Source: an uncultured Acidimicrobiia bacterium
GTDB taxonomy: Bacteria; Actinomycetota; Acidimicrobiia; Spongiisociales; DATADW01
Reading direction: 5' to 3'
NCBI GenBank assembly: GCA_963826825.1
Contig: CAWGYV010000009.1
Coordinates: forward strand, 151,036 to 215,035
DNA: 64,000 bases
Under the pieces are notes generated by a model. It made no database searches, was not told the origin of the DNA, and was given only the letters and a program-made list of their open reading frames with translations. Position numbers and translations under genes: made by a program. Below, piece after piece: positions 20,020 to 28,947 of the stretch; position 1 is the first letter of the stretch; each line of letters opens with the position of its first letter.

Positions 20020-20688
20020 GTGTCTATCAACCAACAGGAGCGGGAGACGCTCAAGGCGATCTGGCGGCTCGCCCCGAATGGAGGCGAGGCGCGCACCGGC
20101 GATCTCGCTGCCGCGTTGGGGTGCAGCCCGGCCACTGCGACGAGCAGGGTGAAGCGTCTCACCACGGACGGCCTGGTTGATCACGCGCCATATCAGGGCG
20201 TGACCCTCACCTCAGAGGGCCGTCGTCTGGCTGTGGCGGCGATCCGCCGGCACCGGATCGTCGAGCGGTTCCTGGCGGACACGCTCGGGTACCGGTGGGA
20301 TGAGGCTGATGCCCTATCTGTGACCTTCGAGCACCATCTGCCACAGGAGGTCGAGGAGCGTCTCTTCGTGGCGTTGGGCCGACCTGCCACCTGCCCGCAC
20401 GGTTTCTCCATCCCCCCAGGAGATGCCGATAGCCTTCCGGTCCTACCGACGCTCGACACGTTGGAGCCGGGAGACGTCGCCGAGGTGGCGATACCGGGCA
20501 CAACCAACCCCGACGTGGTGAGCTTTCTCAACGAGTTGGGGATTCGCCCCGGTGTCGAGGTCCAACTGACGGAAAAGCAGAGGTTCGAGGGGCCGCTCAC
20601 CTTGAGTGTCGCCGGCAGCGAGCGCACTTTGGGGAACCGGTTGGCCCGCGAGATCTATGTCCGACCGAAGAAGGAGAGCAATCGATGA
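20020..20688 (+). CDS. DtxR/MntR-family metal-dependent transcriptional regulator with a FeoA-like C-terminal domain
   Basis: Intact 222-aa ORF with TSEGRRLAVAAIRRHRIVERFLADTLGY.WDEADALS..FEH.L..EVEERL and CPHG. Confidence 0.85.
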   Translation: MSINQQERETLKAIWRLAPNGGEARTGDLAAALGCSPATATSRVKRLTTDGLVDHAPYQGVTLTSEGRRLAVAAIRRHRIVERFLADTLGYRWDEADALSVTFEHHLPQEVEERLFVALGRPATCPHGFSIPPGDADSLPVLPTLDTLEPGDVAEVAIPGTTNPDVVSFLNELGIRPGVEVQLTEKQRFEGPLTLSVAGSERTLGNRLAREIYVRPKKESNR

Positions 20689-23000
20689 GCGTCGTTCTGG
20701 CCGCGGAGGGCGGCTTCCAGGAATTCACGCTCGGCACCGCCGAGTGGTTCTGGCTGATATTCGCCGCGGTGACTGCGGTGATCGCCCTCATCGTTGGACT
20801 TGCCCTGTCGCGCACCGTCATGAGGGCGGACCAAGGTACGCCGAAGATGATCGAGATCGCCAAGGCAATCCAGGAAGGGGCGATGGCCTACCTGAAACGC
20901 CAATTCCGCACGATCGTGCTGATCTTGCTTCCGGTCGGCGCAGTGGTCTTCCTGACATCGACTGCGGTATTTGATCTCGACGGGACCGCGGTCCTCACCT
21001 TTGCCCAATCAGGCGCCTACCGAACGCTGGCGTTCATCGCCGGCTGCTTTCTCTCCGGGCTCACCGGTTTCATCGGGATGAGCCTGGCGGTACGTGGGAA
21101 CGTCCGAACCGCGGCGGCGGCCAAGACGGGATCGCTTCCTGCGGCGTTGCGGATCGCCTTCCGCACCGGCGGGGTGGCGGGGATGTTCACCGTCGGGCTC
21201 GGGCTACTCGGGGCGACCTTGATCATCATGATCTTCCAGAACGTCTCGTCGGCGATCCTCATCGGCTTCGGGTTCGGGGGCTCGTTGATCGCCCTCTTCC
21301 TCCGTGTCGGCGGCGGAATCTTCACCAAGGCGGCAGACGTGGGCGCCGACCTGGTGGGCAAGGTGGAGCAGGGGATCCCGGAGGATGACCCGCGCAACCC
21401 CGCCACCATCGCCGACAATGTCGGCGACAACGTCGGCGACTGCGCCGGCATGGCCTCCGACCTGTTCGAGAGCTACGAGGTCACCCTCGTTGCGTCGATC
21501 ATCCTCGGTGTGGCCGCCTTCGCCTCGATCGGCGCCAACCCGGTGCTCGGGTTGATCTTCCCGGTGATCGTGCGCGCCATCGGCGTGCTCGCGTCGATCG
21601 CCGGGGTGTTCGCGGTGCGCGCCACCGACCGGGACCGGACCGCCATGGCTCCGATCAACCGGGGCTTCCTCACCGCCGGGATCCTCACCGTCATCGGGAC
21701 TCTCGGGGTGGCTCTGTTCTATGTGGGCAACGACAACGGCGGTGAGGGTTGGAAGGTGTTCGCCGCAGTGGTCGCCGGGCTGATCCTGGCTCAGGTGGCG
21801 AGCCGGCTCACCGAGTATTTCACCTCGACCGAGGAGAAGCCGGTCCAGGAGATCGCCGACGCCACCCGCACCGGTCCCGCCACCACCGTGCTCGCTGGGA
21901 CGAGCATTGGGCTCGAGTCATCGGTGTGGGCGATCGTTGCCATCGCCGGTGCCATCGGTGTTGCCGTCGGGCTGGGCGGGGGGAACCTGATGTTCTCGCT
22001 CTATCTGGTGGCGCTCACCGGGATGGGGATGCTTGCCACCACGGGTGTCGTGGTCTCCGAAGACACCTTCGGCCCGGTCGCAGACAACGCCGCGGGGATA
22101 GCCGAGATGTCCGGCGAGTTCCAGGGTGAGGCGCAGCGGATCATGGTGAGCCTCGATGCGGTGGGCAACACCACCAAGGCGGTCACCAAGGGTTTCGCCA
22201 TCGGATCTGCGGTGATCGCCGCGGTGGCTCTGTTCGCCTCTTACATCGAGACCATCGGTGGCGAGCTGAGCCTCGGCCTCGAGGGGAGTGCCCTGTTCCA
22301 GGACGTGGCGACCTCGATCAACTTGGCGAACCCGGTGACCTTCATCGGGCTGCTCATCGGTGGCGCCGTTCCTTTCCTCTTCGCTTCGCTTGCGATTCGA
22401 GCCGTTAGCCGAACGGCCGGTGTGGTCGTGGAGGAGGTTCGGCGGCAATTCGCCGACGGCAAGATCATGTCGGGGCTGAAGCGGCCGGACTATGCACCGG
22501 TGATCGACATCTGCACCCGCGCCTCGCTGCGCGAGTTGGCCACACCGGCGCTTTTGGCGGTGCTCACCCCGCTGATCATCGGGTTCGGTATCAACTACTT
22601 CGCGCTTGGTGCGTTCCTGGCGGCGGTGATCCTCACCGGACAGCTGATGGCCAACTATCTGTCGAACGCAGGCGGTGCCTGGGACAACGCCAAGAAATAC
22701 ATCGAGGACGGGCATCTGGGCGGCAAGGGATCGGAGTCACACAAGGCGGCGGTGATCGGCGATACGGTCGGCGACCCGTTCAAGGACACGGCCGGGCCCG
22801 CCCTCAACCCGTTGATCAAGGTGATGAACCTGGTGTCGCTGCTGGTTCTCCCGGCGGTGATCGCCCTCCAGAACAGCGGGTGGCGCTTCGTCGTCGCCGG
22901 GGTTTCGCTGATCGTGTTGCTGGTGGCGATCTTCATTTCGAAGCGCAGCGGTGCCGTACTCCGCCCCACCGAAGAAGAGCCGGTCCGAGCAGCGGCGTAG
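20685..23000 (+). CDS. hppA: membrane-bound H+(or Na+)-translocating pyrophosphatase
   Basis: Intact 771-aa ORF with GGGIFTKAADVGADLVGKVE, DNVGDNVGDCAGMASDLFESY and IGDTVGDPFKDTAGPALN. The ATGA overlaps the regulator's stop. Confidence 0.95.
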   Translation: MSVVLAAEGGFQEFTLGTAEWFWLIFAAVTAVIALIVGLALSRTVMRADQGTPKMIEIAKAIQEGAMAYLKRQFRTIVLILLPVGAVVFLTSTAVFDLDGTAVLTFAQSGAYRTLAFIAGCFLSGLTGFIGMSLAVRGNVRTAAAAKTGSLPAALRIAFRTGGVAGMFTVGLGLLGATLIIMIFQNVSSAILIGFGFGGSLIALFLRVGGGIFTKAADVGADLVGKVEQGIPEDDPRNPATIADNVGDNVGDCAGMASDLFESYEVTLVASIILGVAAFASIGANPVLGLIFPVIVRAIGVLASIAGVFAVRATDRDRTAMAPINRGFLTAGILTVIGTLGVALFYVGNDNGGEGWKVFAAVVAGLILAQVASRLTEYFTSTEEKPVQEIADATRTGPATTVLAGTSIGLESSVWAIVAIAGAIGVAVGLGGGNLMFSLYLVALTGMGMLATTGVVVSEDTFGPVADNAAGIAEMSGEFQGEAQRIMVSLDAVGNTTKAVTKGFAIGSAVIAAVALFASYIETIGGELSLGLEGSALFQDVATSINLANPVTFIGLLIGGAVPFLFASLAIRAVSRTAGVVVEEVRRQFADGKIMSGLKRPDYAPVIDICTRASLRELATPALLAVLTPLIIGFGINYFALGAFLAAVILTGQLMANYLSNAGGAWDNAKKYIEDGHLGGKGSESHKAAVIGDTVGDPFKDTAGPALNPLIKVMNLVSLLVLPAVIALQNSGWRFVVAGVSLIVLLVAIFISKRSGAVLRPTEEEPVRAAA

Positions 23001-23003
23001 TTC

Positions 23004-23025
23004 GCCCGGCGGCAGGCCGCCGGGC
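23004..23025 (+). terminator. 9-bp GC hairpin immediately after the hppA stop
   Basis: GCCCGGCGG-cagg-CCGCCGGGC; no U-tract follows. Confidence 0.5.
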
Positions 23026-23062
23026 GTGTCCGAACGAGCGGCCTTTGGCCGCGCCCTTTGTG

Positions 23063-23125
23063 CTGATTGGGCTGTACACGCCAGCCCAATCAGGCCGAGG
23101 GGGGTGACAGGAGCCACCCCCCTCG
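23063..23125. other. two further perfect hairpins stacked back to back
   Basis: CTGATTGGGCTG-tacacgc-CAGCCCAATCAG (23063-23093) and CGAGGGGGGTG-acaggagc-CACCCCCCTCG (23096-23125). Confidence 0.6.
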
Positions 23126-23148
23126 AGCACCCCCCATAGAGACTGCTC

Positions 23149-23211
23149 TTCCGCCTTCCGCCTTCCGCCTTCCGCCGTCCGCCGTCCGCCGTCCGCCGTC
23201 TGCCGTCTACG
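23149..23211. repeat. nine-unit heptanucleotide tandem repeat: (TTCCGCC)4 (GTCCGCC)3 GTCTGCC GTCTACG
   Basis: Read directly from the sequence. It ends 12 nt upstream of the metX ATG. Confidence 0.9.
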
Positions 23212-23222
23212 GTTTCGCCCAC

Positions 23223-24392
23223 ATGGATCTGGGTGGGTCGATCGGTGCCGTAACCACCCGGTTCTTCACCTATGGAGGACCGGACGACCCGGTGCGCCTC
23301 CAGAACGGCGCATCGGTTGCCCAGGTGACGCTGGCGTACGAGCTTTACGGCGAGGTCTCCCCGGCGAGAGACAATGTGGTACTCGTCATCCATGCTCTCA
23401 CCGGGAGCCAGCACGCCGCCGGGTGGAACGAGATGGTGGGCGGCATCAGCGACCGTTGGACCGAGGAGTGCTGTCCGGGGTGGTGGGACCCATTCATCGG
23501 GTCGGGCCGCGCCATCGACACCGACCGTTTCGCCGTCCTCTGCGTCAACTACCTGGGTGGCTGCTACGGGTCAACCGGCCCGGCCAGCCTCGACCCGGCG
23601 ACGGGCCGGCAATACGGGTCGACCTTTCCGGCGGTGACCTTCGACGACATCGTCGACAGCCAGGTACGGCTGCTCGACCACCTCGGGATCGATCGTCTCC
23701 ATGCCGTGGTGGGGGGGTCGGTCGGCGGGCAGATGTGCCTCAGCCTCGCCACCCGCTACCCGCAGCGCGTCTCGATCGTCATCCCGATCGCCACCGGGCT
23801 GCAGACCACGGCGCTGCAGCGTCTTCACAACTTCGAGCAGAAGGTGGCCATCCTCCACGACCCCGACTTCGCCGGCGGTGACTTCTACGACGGTCAGCCG
23901 CCCGACCGCGGCCTTGCTCTCGCCCGGATGATCGGCCACAAGACATTTGTCTCGCTGTCCGCCATCGAGGAGCGCGCCAGGGGCGAGGTGACATCGCCGG
24001 GAGACGCTCTCGGCGGCCGGATCCGGCACCCGCTGGAGTCGTACATGTGGCACCAGGGAAGCAAGTTCGTCCGCCGATTCGACGCGAACACCTACCTGCT
24101 GCTCATGGAGGCGTGGCAGCGATACGACCTGGTAGCCGAGCACGGCGGTTCGGCCGTACCCGCGTTCGCCCGCTGCCGGCACCAGCGCTACATGGTCTTC
24201 AGCATCGACTCAGATGTCTGCTACTACCCGGAGGAGCAGGAGGCGCTGGTCGGTGTGCTCAAGAGCGCCAAGGTTCCGGTGCGACGGATCACGGTACATT
24301 CCGACAAGGGTCACGATTCGTTCCTTCTCGAGCCGGAGTTGTTCGCACCCCACCTCGCCGACACGCTGGAGCGGGAGTGGAAGGTCGAATGA
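23223..24392 (+). CDS. metX: homoserine O-acetyltransferase
   Basis: The ATG at 23223 gives MDLGGSIGAVTTRFF...AYELYGEVSPARDNVVLVIHALTGSQHAAG...GGSVGGQM...KGHDSFLLE. The upstream part of the track ORF reads through the heptamer repeat and is rejected. Confidence 0.9.
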   Translation: MDLGGSIGAVTTRFFTYGGPDDPVRLQNGASVAQVTLAYELYGEVSPARDNVVLVIHALTGSQHAAGWNEMVGGISDRWTEECCPGWWDPFIGSGRAIDTDRFAVLCVNYLGGCYGSTGPASLDPATGRQYGSTFPAVTFDDIVDSQVRLLDHLGIDRLHAVVGGSVGGQMCLSLATRYPQRVSIVIPIATGLQTTALQRLHNFEQKVAILHDPDFAGGDFYDGQPPDRGLALARMIGHKTFVSLSAIEERARGEVTSPGDALGGRIRHPLESYMWHQGSKFVRRFDANTYLLLMEAWQRYDLVAEHGGSAVPAFARCRHQRYMVFSIDSDVCYYPEEQEALVGVLKSAKVPVRRITVHSDKGHDSFLLEPELFAPHLADTLEREWKVE

Positions 24393-24436
24393 GGTCACCT
24401 GGGCTGACAGGCCCCTGCTGGTAACGTCGCCGCTCG

Positions 24437-25078
24437 GTGACGACTAACCAATGGTGGCTGCTGCTCGTATTGCCCGTGGGGGCATACCTGATCGGCTCGA
24501 TACCCTTCTCCTATCTCGTCGGAAGGGCCTCTGGCGTAGACCTCAGAAAAGAGGGCACGGGTAACCCCGGGGCAGGAAATCTCCGCCGAGTGGTCGGATT
24601 CTCGGCAGCGATGACCGCCGGACTGCTCGACGGGTTCAAGGGTCTCTTCATCGTGTTGCCGCTGCTCGGGAATGTCCCAGATCTCGTGCTCATCCTCACC
24701 GCACTCGCCACCGTCGTGGGTCACAACTGGTCGGTGTTCATGGGCTTCAGATCGGGTCGGGGACTGGCCACCGCGGCTGGAGTGGTGCTCGCCATGTCGC
24801 CGCTACTCCTCCTCTGGCCCACGCTGTGGGGGATCGCCGGATGGTGGATCGGGGGAGGGATCGCCGGGTTCATCGGGTGGACCGCTCTTCCCTTCGTAGC
24901 GGCGTTCATGGACTTGCCCCAGGTGCCGCAGGTGGCGGTCCCGGTGACGGCGGGGCTCGCCGTGCTGATCCTCGTTCGCCGGATGCAGGGCAACGCCGAT
25001 GCGCTCGGTGGATGGCACGCCGCCGCCCACCGGATGGTGTTCGATACCGACCGCGCCGTAAGCAAGCTGGACGGGTGA
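24437..25078 (+). CDS. plsY: glycerol-3-phosphate acyltransferase PlsY
   Basis: Intact 213-aa ORF with YLIGSIPFSYLVGR..GVDLR..GTGNPGAGN and GHNWSVF.GF.GG.GLAT. Confidence 0.9.
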   Translation: MTTNQWWLLLVLPVGAYLIGSIPFSYLVGRASGVDLRKEGTGNPGAGNLRRVVGFSAAMTAGLLDGFKGLFIVLPLLGNVPDLVLILTALATVVGHNWSVFMGFRSGRGLATAAGVVLAMSPLLLLWPTLWGIAGWWIGGGIAGFIGWTALPFVAAFMDLPQVPQVAVPVTAGLAVLILVRRMQGNADALGGWHAAAHRMVFDTDRAVSKLDG

Positions 25079-25080
25079 GG

Positions 25081-26073
25081 GTGCAGCTTCCGAAGTCGCG
25101 CTGGCTGCAATGGCCGGCGTGGGTGGCGCTGGGGGTCGGCGCCTACCTTGTCGCCGTTGGTTTTCTCGGTGAGCGAACTCGCCTCCCCGCCTTCGATCTG
25201 ACGGTTTGGCTTGCGCTGCTGGCGTCGCTGCTCGCCCACACCGCAGCCATCGCCGCGTTCGGGCTCAACTTCATCGAGGCGGCATCGCTTTCCGGTATCG
25301 CGGTGAGTCGGTGGGGTGGCTTCAAGGCCGCTCTGGTGGCGACAGGGGTTGCCCGTCTCATTCCCGCCGGCGGCGTCTTCACCCCGGCCGCCATGGCGTG
25401 GACGGTCCGATCGGAGGCACCCAGGACCGGTGGCCCGGCGGCGAGGGCGACCGTGCTCGCCTATGGCTCATTGCTGGTGGTCACCGGTGTCGGCGCCCTG
25501 TGGGTGGCCTTGCTCGGTCTGGAGACCTCGTTGACCGTGTCGATGGTGGTGCTGGGAATCGTCCTCGCCGTGCTCGGTGCCTTGGTTTGGGCCGGCTCGG
25601 GCCGACTGGCATCGCTGGTCGATCTGCTCCCCGCTGGAGCGCGCAAGCGGGTTTCGGCGACGCTCATCGACCGACGAGTGACTTTCGTCGAGGTGATGAC
25701 CGTGCTGGCCCGGACCGGTTTCGAGGTGCTGGCACTCGGACTGGTGCTGAGACCTCTTGGGATCGCCCTGCCGGTGCCCGCCCTGCTGGCGGTATACGGC
25801 TTCTCCCAACTCGTCGGGGGCCTCCCCGGCCCCCCGGGTGGGATAGGACTGGTCGAAGCCGGTCTGATCGGGGCGCTGGCTGCTTTTGGCATCGATCCCC
25901 AGACAAGCCTTCCCGCCGTGCTCGTCTATCGGCTGGTGTCGTACTGGATCCCGGCCGCAGCCGGGTTGCTCGCCGGCGGCGCCGCCTTCGTAAGAGCCGG
26001 TAAGCCGACACCTGCCGAGGTCACCGCTTCGCCTGTCCCCGAAAACCTGGAGTCGGCAGAGGTCTGGCGGTAG
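25081..26073 (+). CDS. UPF0104 / lysylphosphatidylglycerol-synthase-TM-region (flippase-like) membrane protein
   Basis: The GTG at 25081 follows the plsY stop. It is a polytopic protein ending with the typical GGLPGPPGGIGLVEAGLIGAL...VLVYRLVSYWIP. Confidence 0.7.
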   Translation: MQLPKSRWLQWPAWVALGVGAYLVAVGFLGERTRLPAFDLTVWLALLASLLAHTAAIAAFGLNFIEAASLSGIAVSRWGGFKAALVATGVARLIPAGGVFTPAAMAWTVRSEAPRTGGPAARATVLAYGSLLVVTGVGALWVALLGLETSLTVSMVVLGIVLAVLGALVWAGSGRLASLVDLLPAGARKRVSATLIDRRVTFVEVMTVLARTGFEVLALGLVLRPLGIALPVPALLAVYGFSQLVGGLPGPPGGIGLVEAGLIGALAAFGIDPQTSLPAVLVYRLVSYWIPAAAGLLAGGAAFVRAGKPTPAEVTASPVPENLESAEVWR

Positions 26074-26081
26074 GGCGGGCG

Positions 26082-26869
26082 TCAGGCGGTCTGTGTCTGG
26101 GGCTGACGCCCCGGTCCGGGCGGGCCGGCGAAGCACTGGGCGATCTCCATCCACTGCCGGGCGATCGGGCCGTCAATGACCAGTGCGGTGTCGTCCTACG
26201 TGGCGCCGTTGGGTCACCACCAGTGAGAAGTCCTCGAGCGTGCCGACCACCGATTGGGTGTCGGTCTCGTTCCAGCGGTGCACCTCTCCGTCCGGTGTCG
26301 GTCAGTTCGACTCGGACGCGGTGGTCGGGGACGGCGAGCCCTCGGTTCTGGAAACTCCATCCGAACGTCTTGACGCCCAGCGCGGCGACGTGGCGAAGGG
26401 GGCCACCCACCTGGAAGTGAACACCAACGGCATCGGCGACGTCGGTCCCGTGGGCGAACGTCTCCATGACCCGCGCCCCGACGAAGGTGCGGCTCGCCAT
26501 CGACGGACCGAACCAGACGACCCGGCCCGCCGGGTCGAGCCCCCGGAATGCATCCTGGGCGACACCCCGCGCTCGGCGCCACCAATCGAGCACCTCAGGA
26601 CCCGATTTCTCCCGGCCGAGGTCGATGGCCACGGCCATGTACCCGTCGACCCCGCCGCTGAGCATTTCGTTGAGCGTGGAGGCGAACCTCTCCGGGTCCC
26701 TCGCCGCTAGCTCTGCCTGCTCCTCGAACCAGGCGAGATGGCTGACCGTGTCGCCGATGCTCCATCCCTCGGCGGGTGTCGGTCGTCGCCACCCTTCCTC
26801 GTCGAGCGGTTCGAGGATTGCGTCGAGCGAACGCTCTATCTCATCCAGGTCGGCGACGACGTCGTCCAC
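26082..26869 (-). CDS. DinB-like / mycothiol-dependent maleylpyruvate-isomerase N-terminal domain protein (TIGR03084-like); two +1 frameshifts (about 26310 and 26205)
   Basis: The GTG at 26869 gives VDDVVADLDEIERSLDAILEPLDEEGWRRPTPAEGWSIGDTVSHLAWFEEQA...METFAHGTDVADA. The tail is restored as DGEVHRWNETDTQSVVGTLEDFSLVVTQRRHV, then DDTALVIDGPIARQWMEIAQCFAGPPGPGR. Confidence 0.7.
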
Positions 26870-26934
26870 CGTGTCGACGCTACTCGGGTCGACGCACCGG
26901 GTCGACGCTCGGGGAGGGCCACATGTCTGGGGCC

Positions 26935-28904
26935 TCACTCCACCACGACCAGGATCTGGTCGGACTCCACCTGGTCCTCTTGTCTTGGCCTTCAGCGAGG
27001 TCACCCTTCCGGCGTGGGGGGCACGGAGGGTGTGCTCCATCTTCATCGCCTCGAGAACCAATAGCGCCTGTCCTGGCTCCACCGGGTCGCCCTCGGCGAC
27101 GAGCACCTTCACCACCCTGCCCGGCATCGGGGCGTGGAGCGAACCAGGAGTCTCATCAATCGTCGTCTCGGCAAAGCGGGGGTGCTCGACGAGGTGTGAG
27201 CACCCCTCCGGACCATCGACCCAATGGACCCAACCGTGGCGATTGACGCGGTAGCTGCGCCGAACTCCGCCCGATTCGATGTCAACCGTGCTTCCGGTCA
27301 CGGTGCCGACTGCCAGGTCCGGCATCGACACGCCGTCGACCTCGACCTCGAGACCGGCACGGGCGAACCGATACCCCACTTCCACCGGTCCATGCGGTCC
27401 CTCGAAGAGGACCCGTTGGGGTTGCGAAGGGTTGTTACGCCATCCAGAGGGGAGGCCGGACAGAATGGTGGGTGAACCGCGGCGCTCCACCTGGGCGGCC
27501 ACCGCCGCGGCCACGGCGTGGAGCGCGGTCTCAGCGGGGCTGGGGAGCGGCCGGCCCAGTTCGGCTGGATCGTGACGGTCGAAGAAACCGGTGTCGGCCT
27601 CGCCAGCGACGAACTCGGGGTGGCGGAGCACCCGGACGAGCAGGTCCCTGTTGGTGGTGACACCATGGATCTCGGCGCCGGCAAGCGCCGCCGCCAAGAC
27701 CGCAACGGCCTCGGAGCGGGTGGGGGCGTGGGCTATCACCTTGGCAAGCATCGGGTCGTAGTGGACGGTCACCTCGGACCCGTCCTCGACACCGGCGTCC
27801 ACCCTGACCCGCCGGTCGGAGATGCGGAAGCGGTGCAGCGTCCCGGTGGCGGGGAGGAAGTAGGTGGCGGCGTCCTCGGCGTAGATCCGGGCCTCTACGG
27901 CGTGGCCCCGCATCTCGGCGGCGGTTGCCTCGGGGGGAAGCGGTTCGCCCTGGGCGACGAGCAACTGGAGCCGGACAAGGTCGAGCCCGGTTACCGCCTC
28001 GGTGACCGGGTGCTCCACCTGGAGCCTCGTGTTCATCTCGAGAAACCAGAACCCGTCGTCGTGGAGCAGGAACTCGACGGTCCCCGCCGAGACGTAACCC
28101 ACCGCCCGGGCGGCGGCGATGGCCGCATCGCCCATGCGACTCACGCAACTCCTCGTCGACTACCGGAGAAGGCGACTCCTCGATGATCTTCTGGTGGCGG
28201 CGCTGGATAGAGCAGTCGCGCTCGAACAAATGGGCGACGGTTCCGAGGTTGTCGGCGACCACCTGGATCTCGACATGGCGCGCCCCTTCCATGAATTTCT
28301 CCAGGAAGACGGTGGGATCGCCAAACGCCGCCCCAGCCTCTCTGGCTGCACCCTCCACCGCCCCGGCCAGATCGCCTCGATCCCTGACCACGCGCATCCC
28401 CTTGCCCCCGCCGCCGGCAGAGGCCTTGACCAGTACCGGCCATCCGGTCTCGTCGGCCGCCCGGTCGACGGCTTGGTTGTCTAGGCCGGTCAGGTCGATC
28501 GACGGGAGGGTGGGGACACCGGCCTCCTCCATGATCCTCTTCGCCTCCAGCTTCGATCCCATTGCGGCAATCGCCGCTGGTGGAGGTCCCACCCACACCA
28601 GCCCAGCATCGACGGTTGCCTGAGCGAACGATGCGCTCTCGGCGAGGAACCCGTACCCGGGATGGACCGCATCGGCCCCGGTCAGCTTTGCCGCGGCGAT
28701 GATCAGGTCGGAACGCAGGTAGGAGTCGGCCGGAGCGCTCCCACCGAGAGGGATCGCCTCGTCGGCCTCGGCGACGAAGGGCGCATCCGAATCCGGCTGG
28801 GAGAACACGGCGACAGTGGCGATTCCCATCGTCTTGGCGGTGCGGGCGACCCGTCGGGCGATCTCGCCGCGGTTGGCCACGACCAGCTTGGTGATGCGGG
28901 TCAC
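26935..28904 (-). CDS. acyl-CoA carboxylase alpha subunit (biotin carboxylase plus biotinyl carrier domain, methylcrotonyl-CoA-carboxylase-like); +1 frameshifts near 28139 and 26985
   Basis: The GTG at 28904 gives VTRITKLVVANRGEIARR...KASAGGGGKGMRVV...ERDCSIQRRHQKIIEE. The protein then reads MGDAAIAAARAVGYVSAGTVEFL...EMNTRLQVEHPVTE and EAMKMEH, with the end restored as DQVESDQILVVVE-stop. Confidence 0.85.
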
Positions 28905-28947
28905 GATCGCTGAGCGTAGTTGTGGCGCCCGAGCGGCCGACCCGACA

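Noticed and set aside
19905-23211. The heptamer arrays considered as a CRISPR-like or other spaced-repeat array.
   Set aside because: The units are 7 nt and directly abutting, with no spacers, and there are no cas genes in the window.
23067-23222. An N-terminal extension of metX in the ORF track (MGCTRQPNQ...PPSAFRLPPSAVRRPPSAV).
   Set aside because: The extension is simply the translation of the hairpin stack and the heptamer tandem repeat. The MetX family alignment begins naturally at the ATG at 23223.
23001-23222. A possible SAM riboswitch upstream of metX.
   Set aside because: I could not recognise SAM-I, SAM-II or SAM-IV core motifs. The region is explained by simple perfect hairpins plus a tandem repeat. 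An Infernal scan would be needed to exclude one formally.
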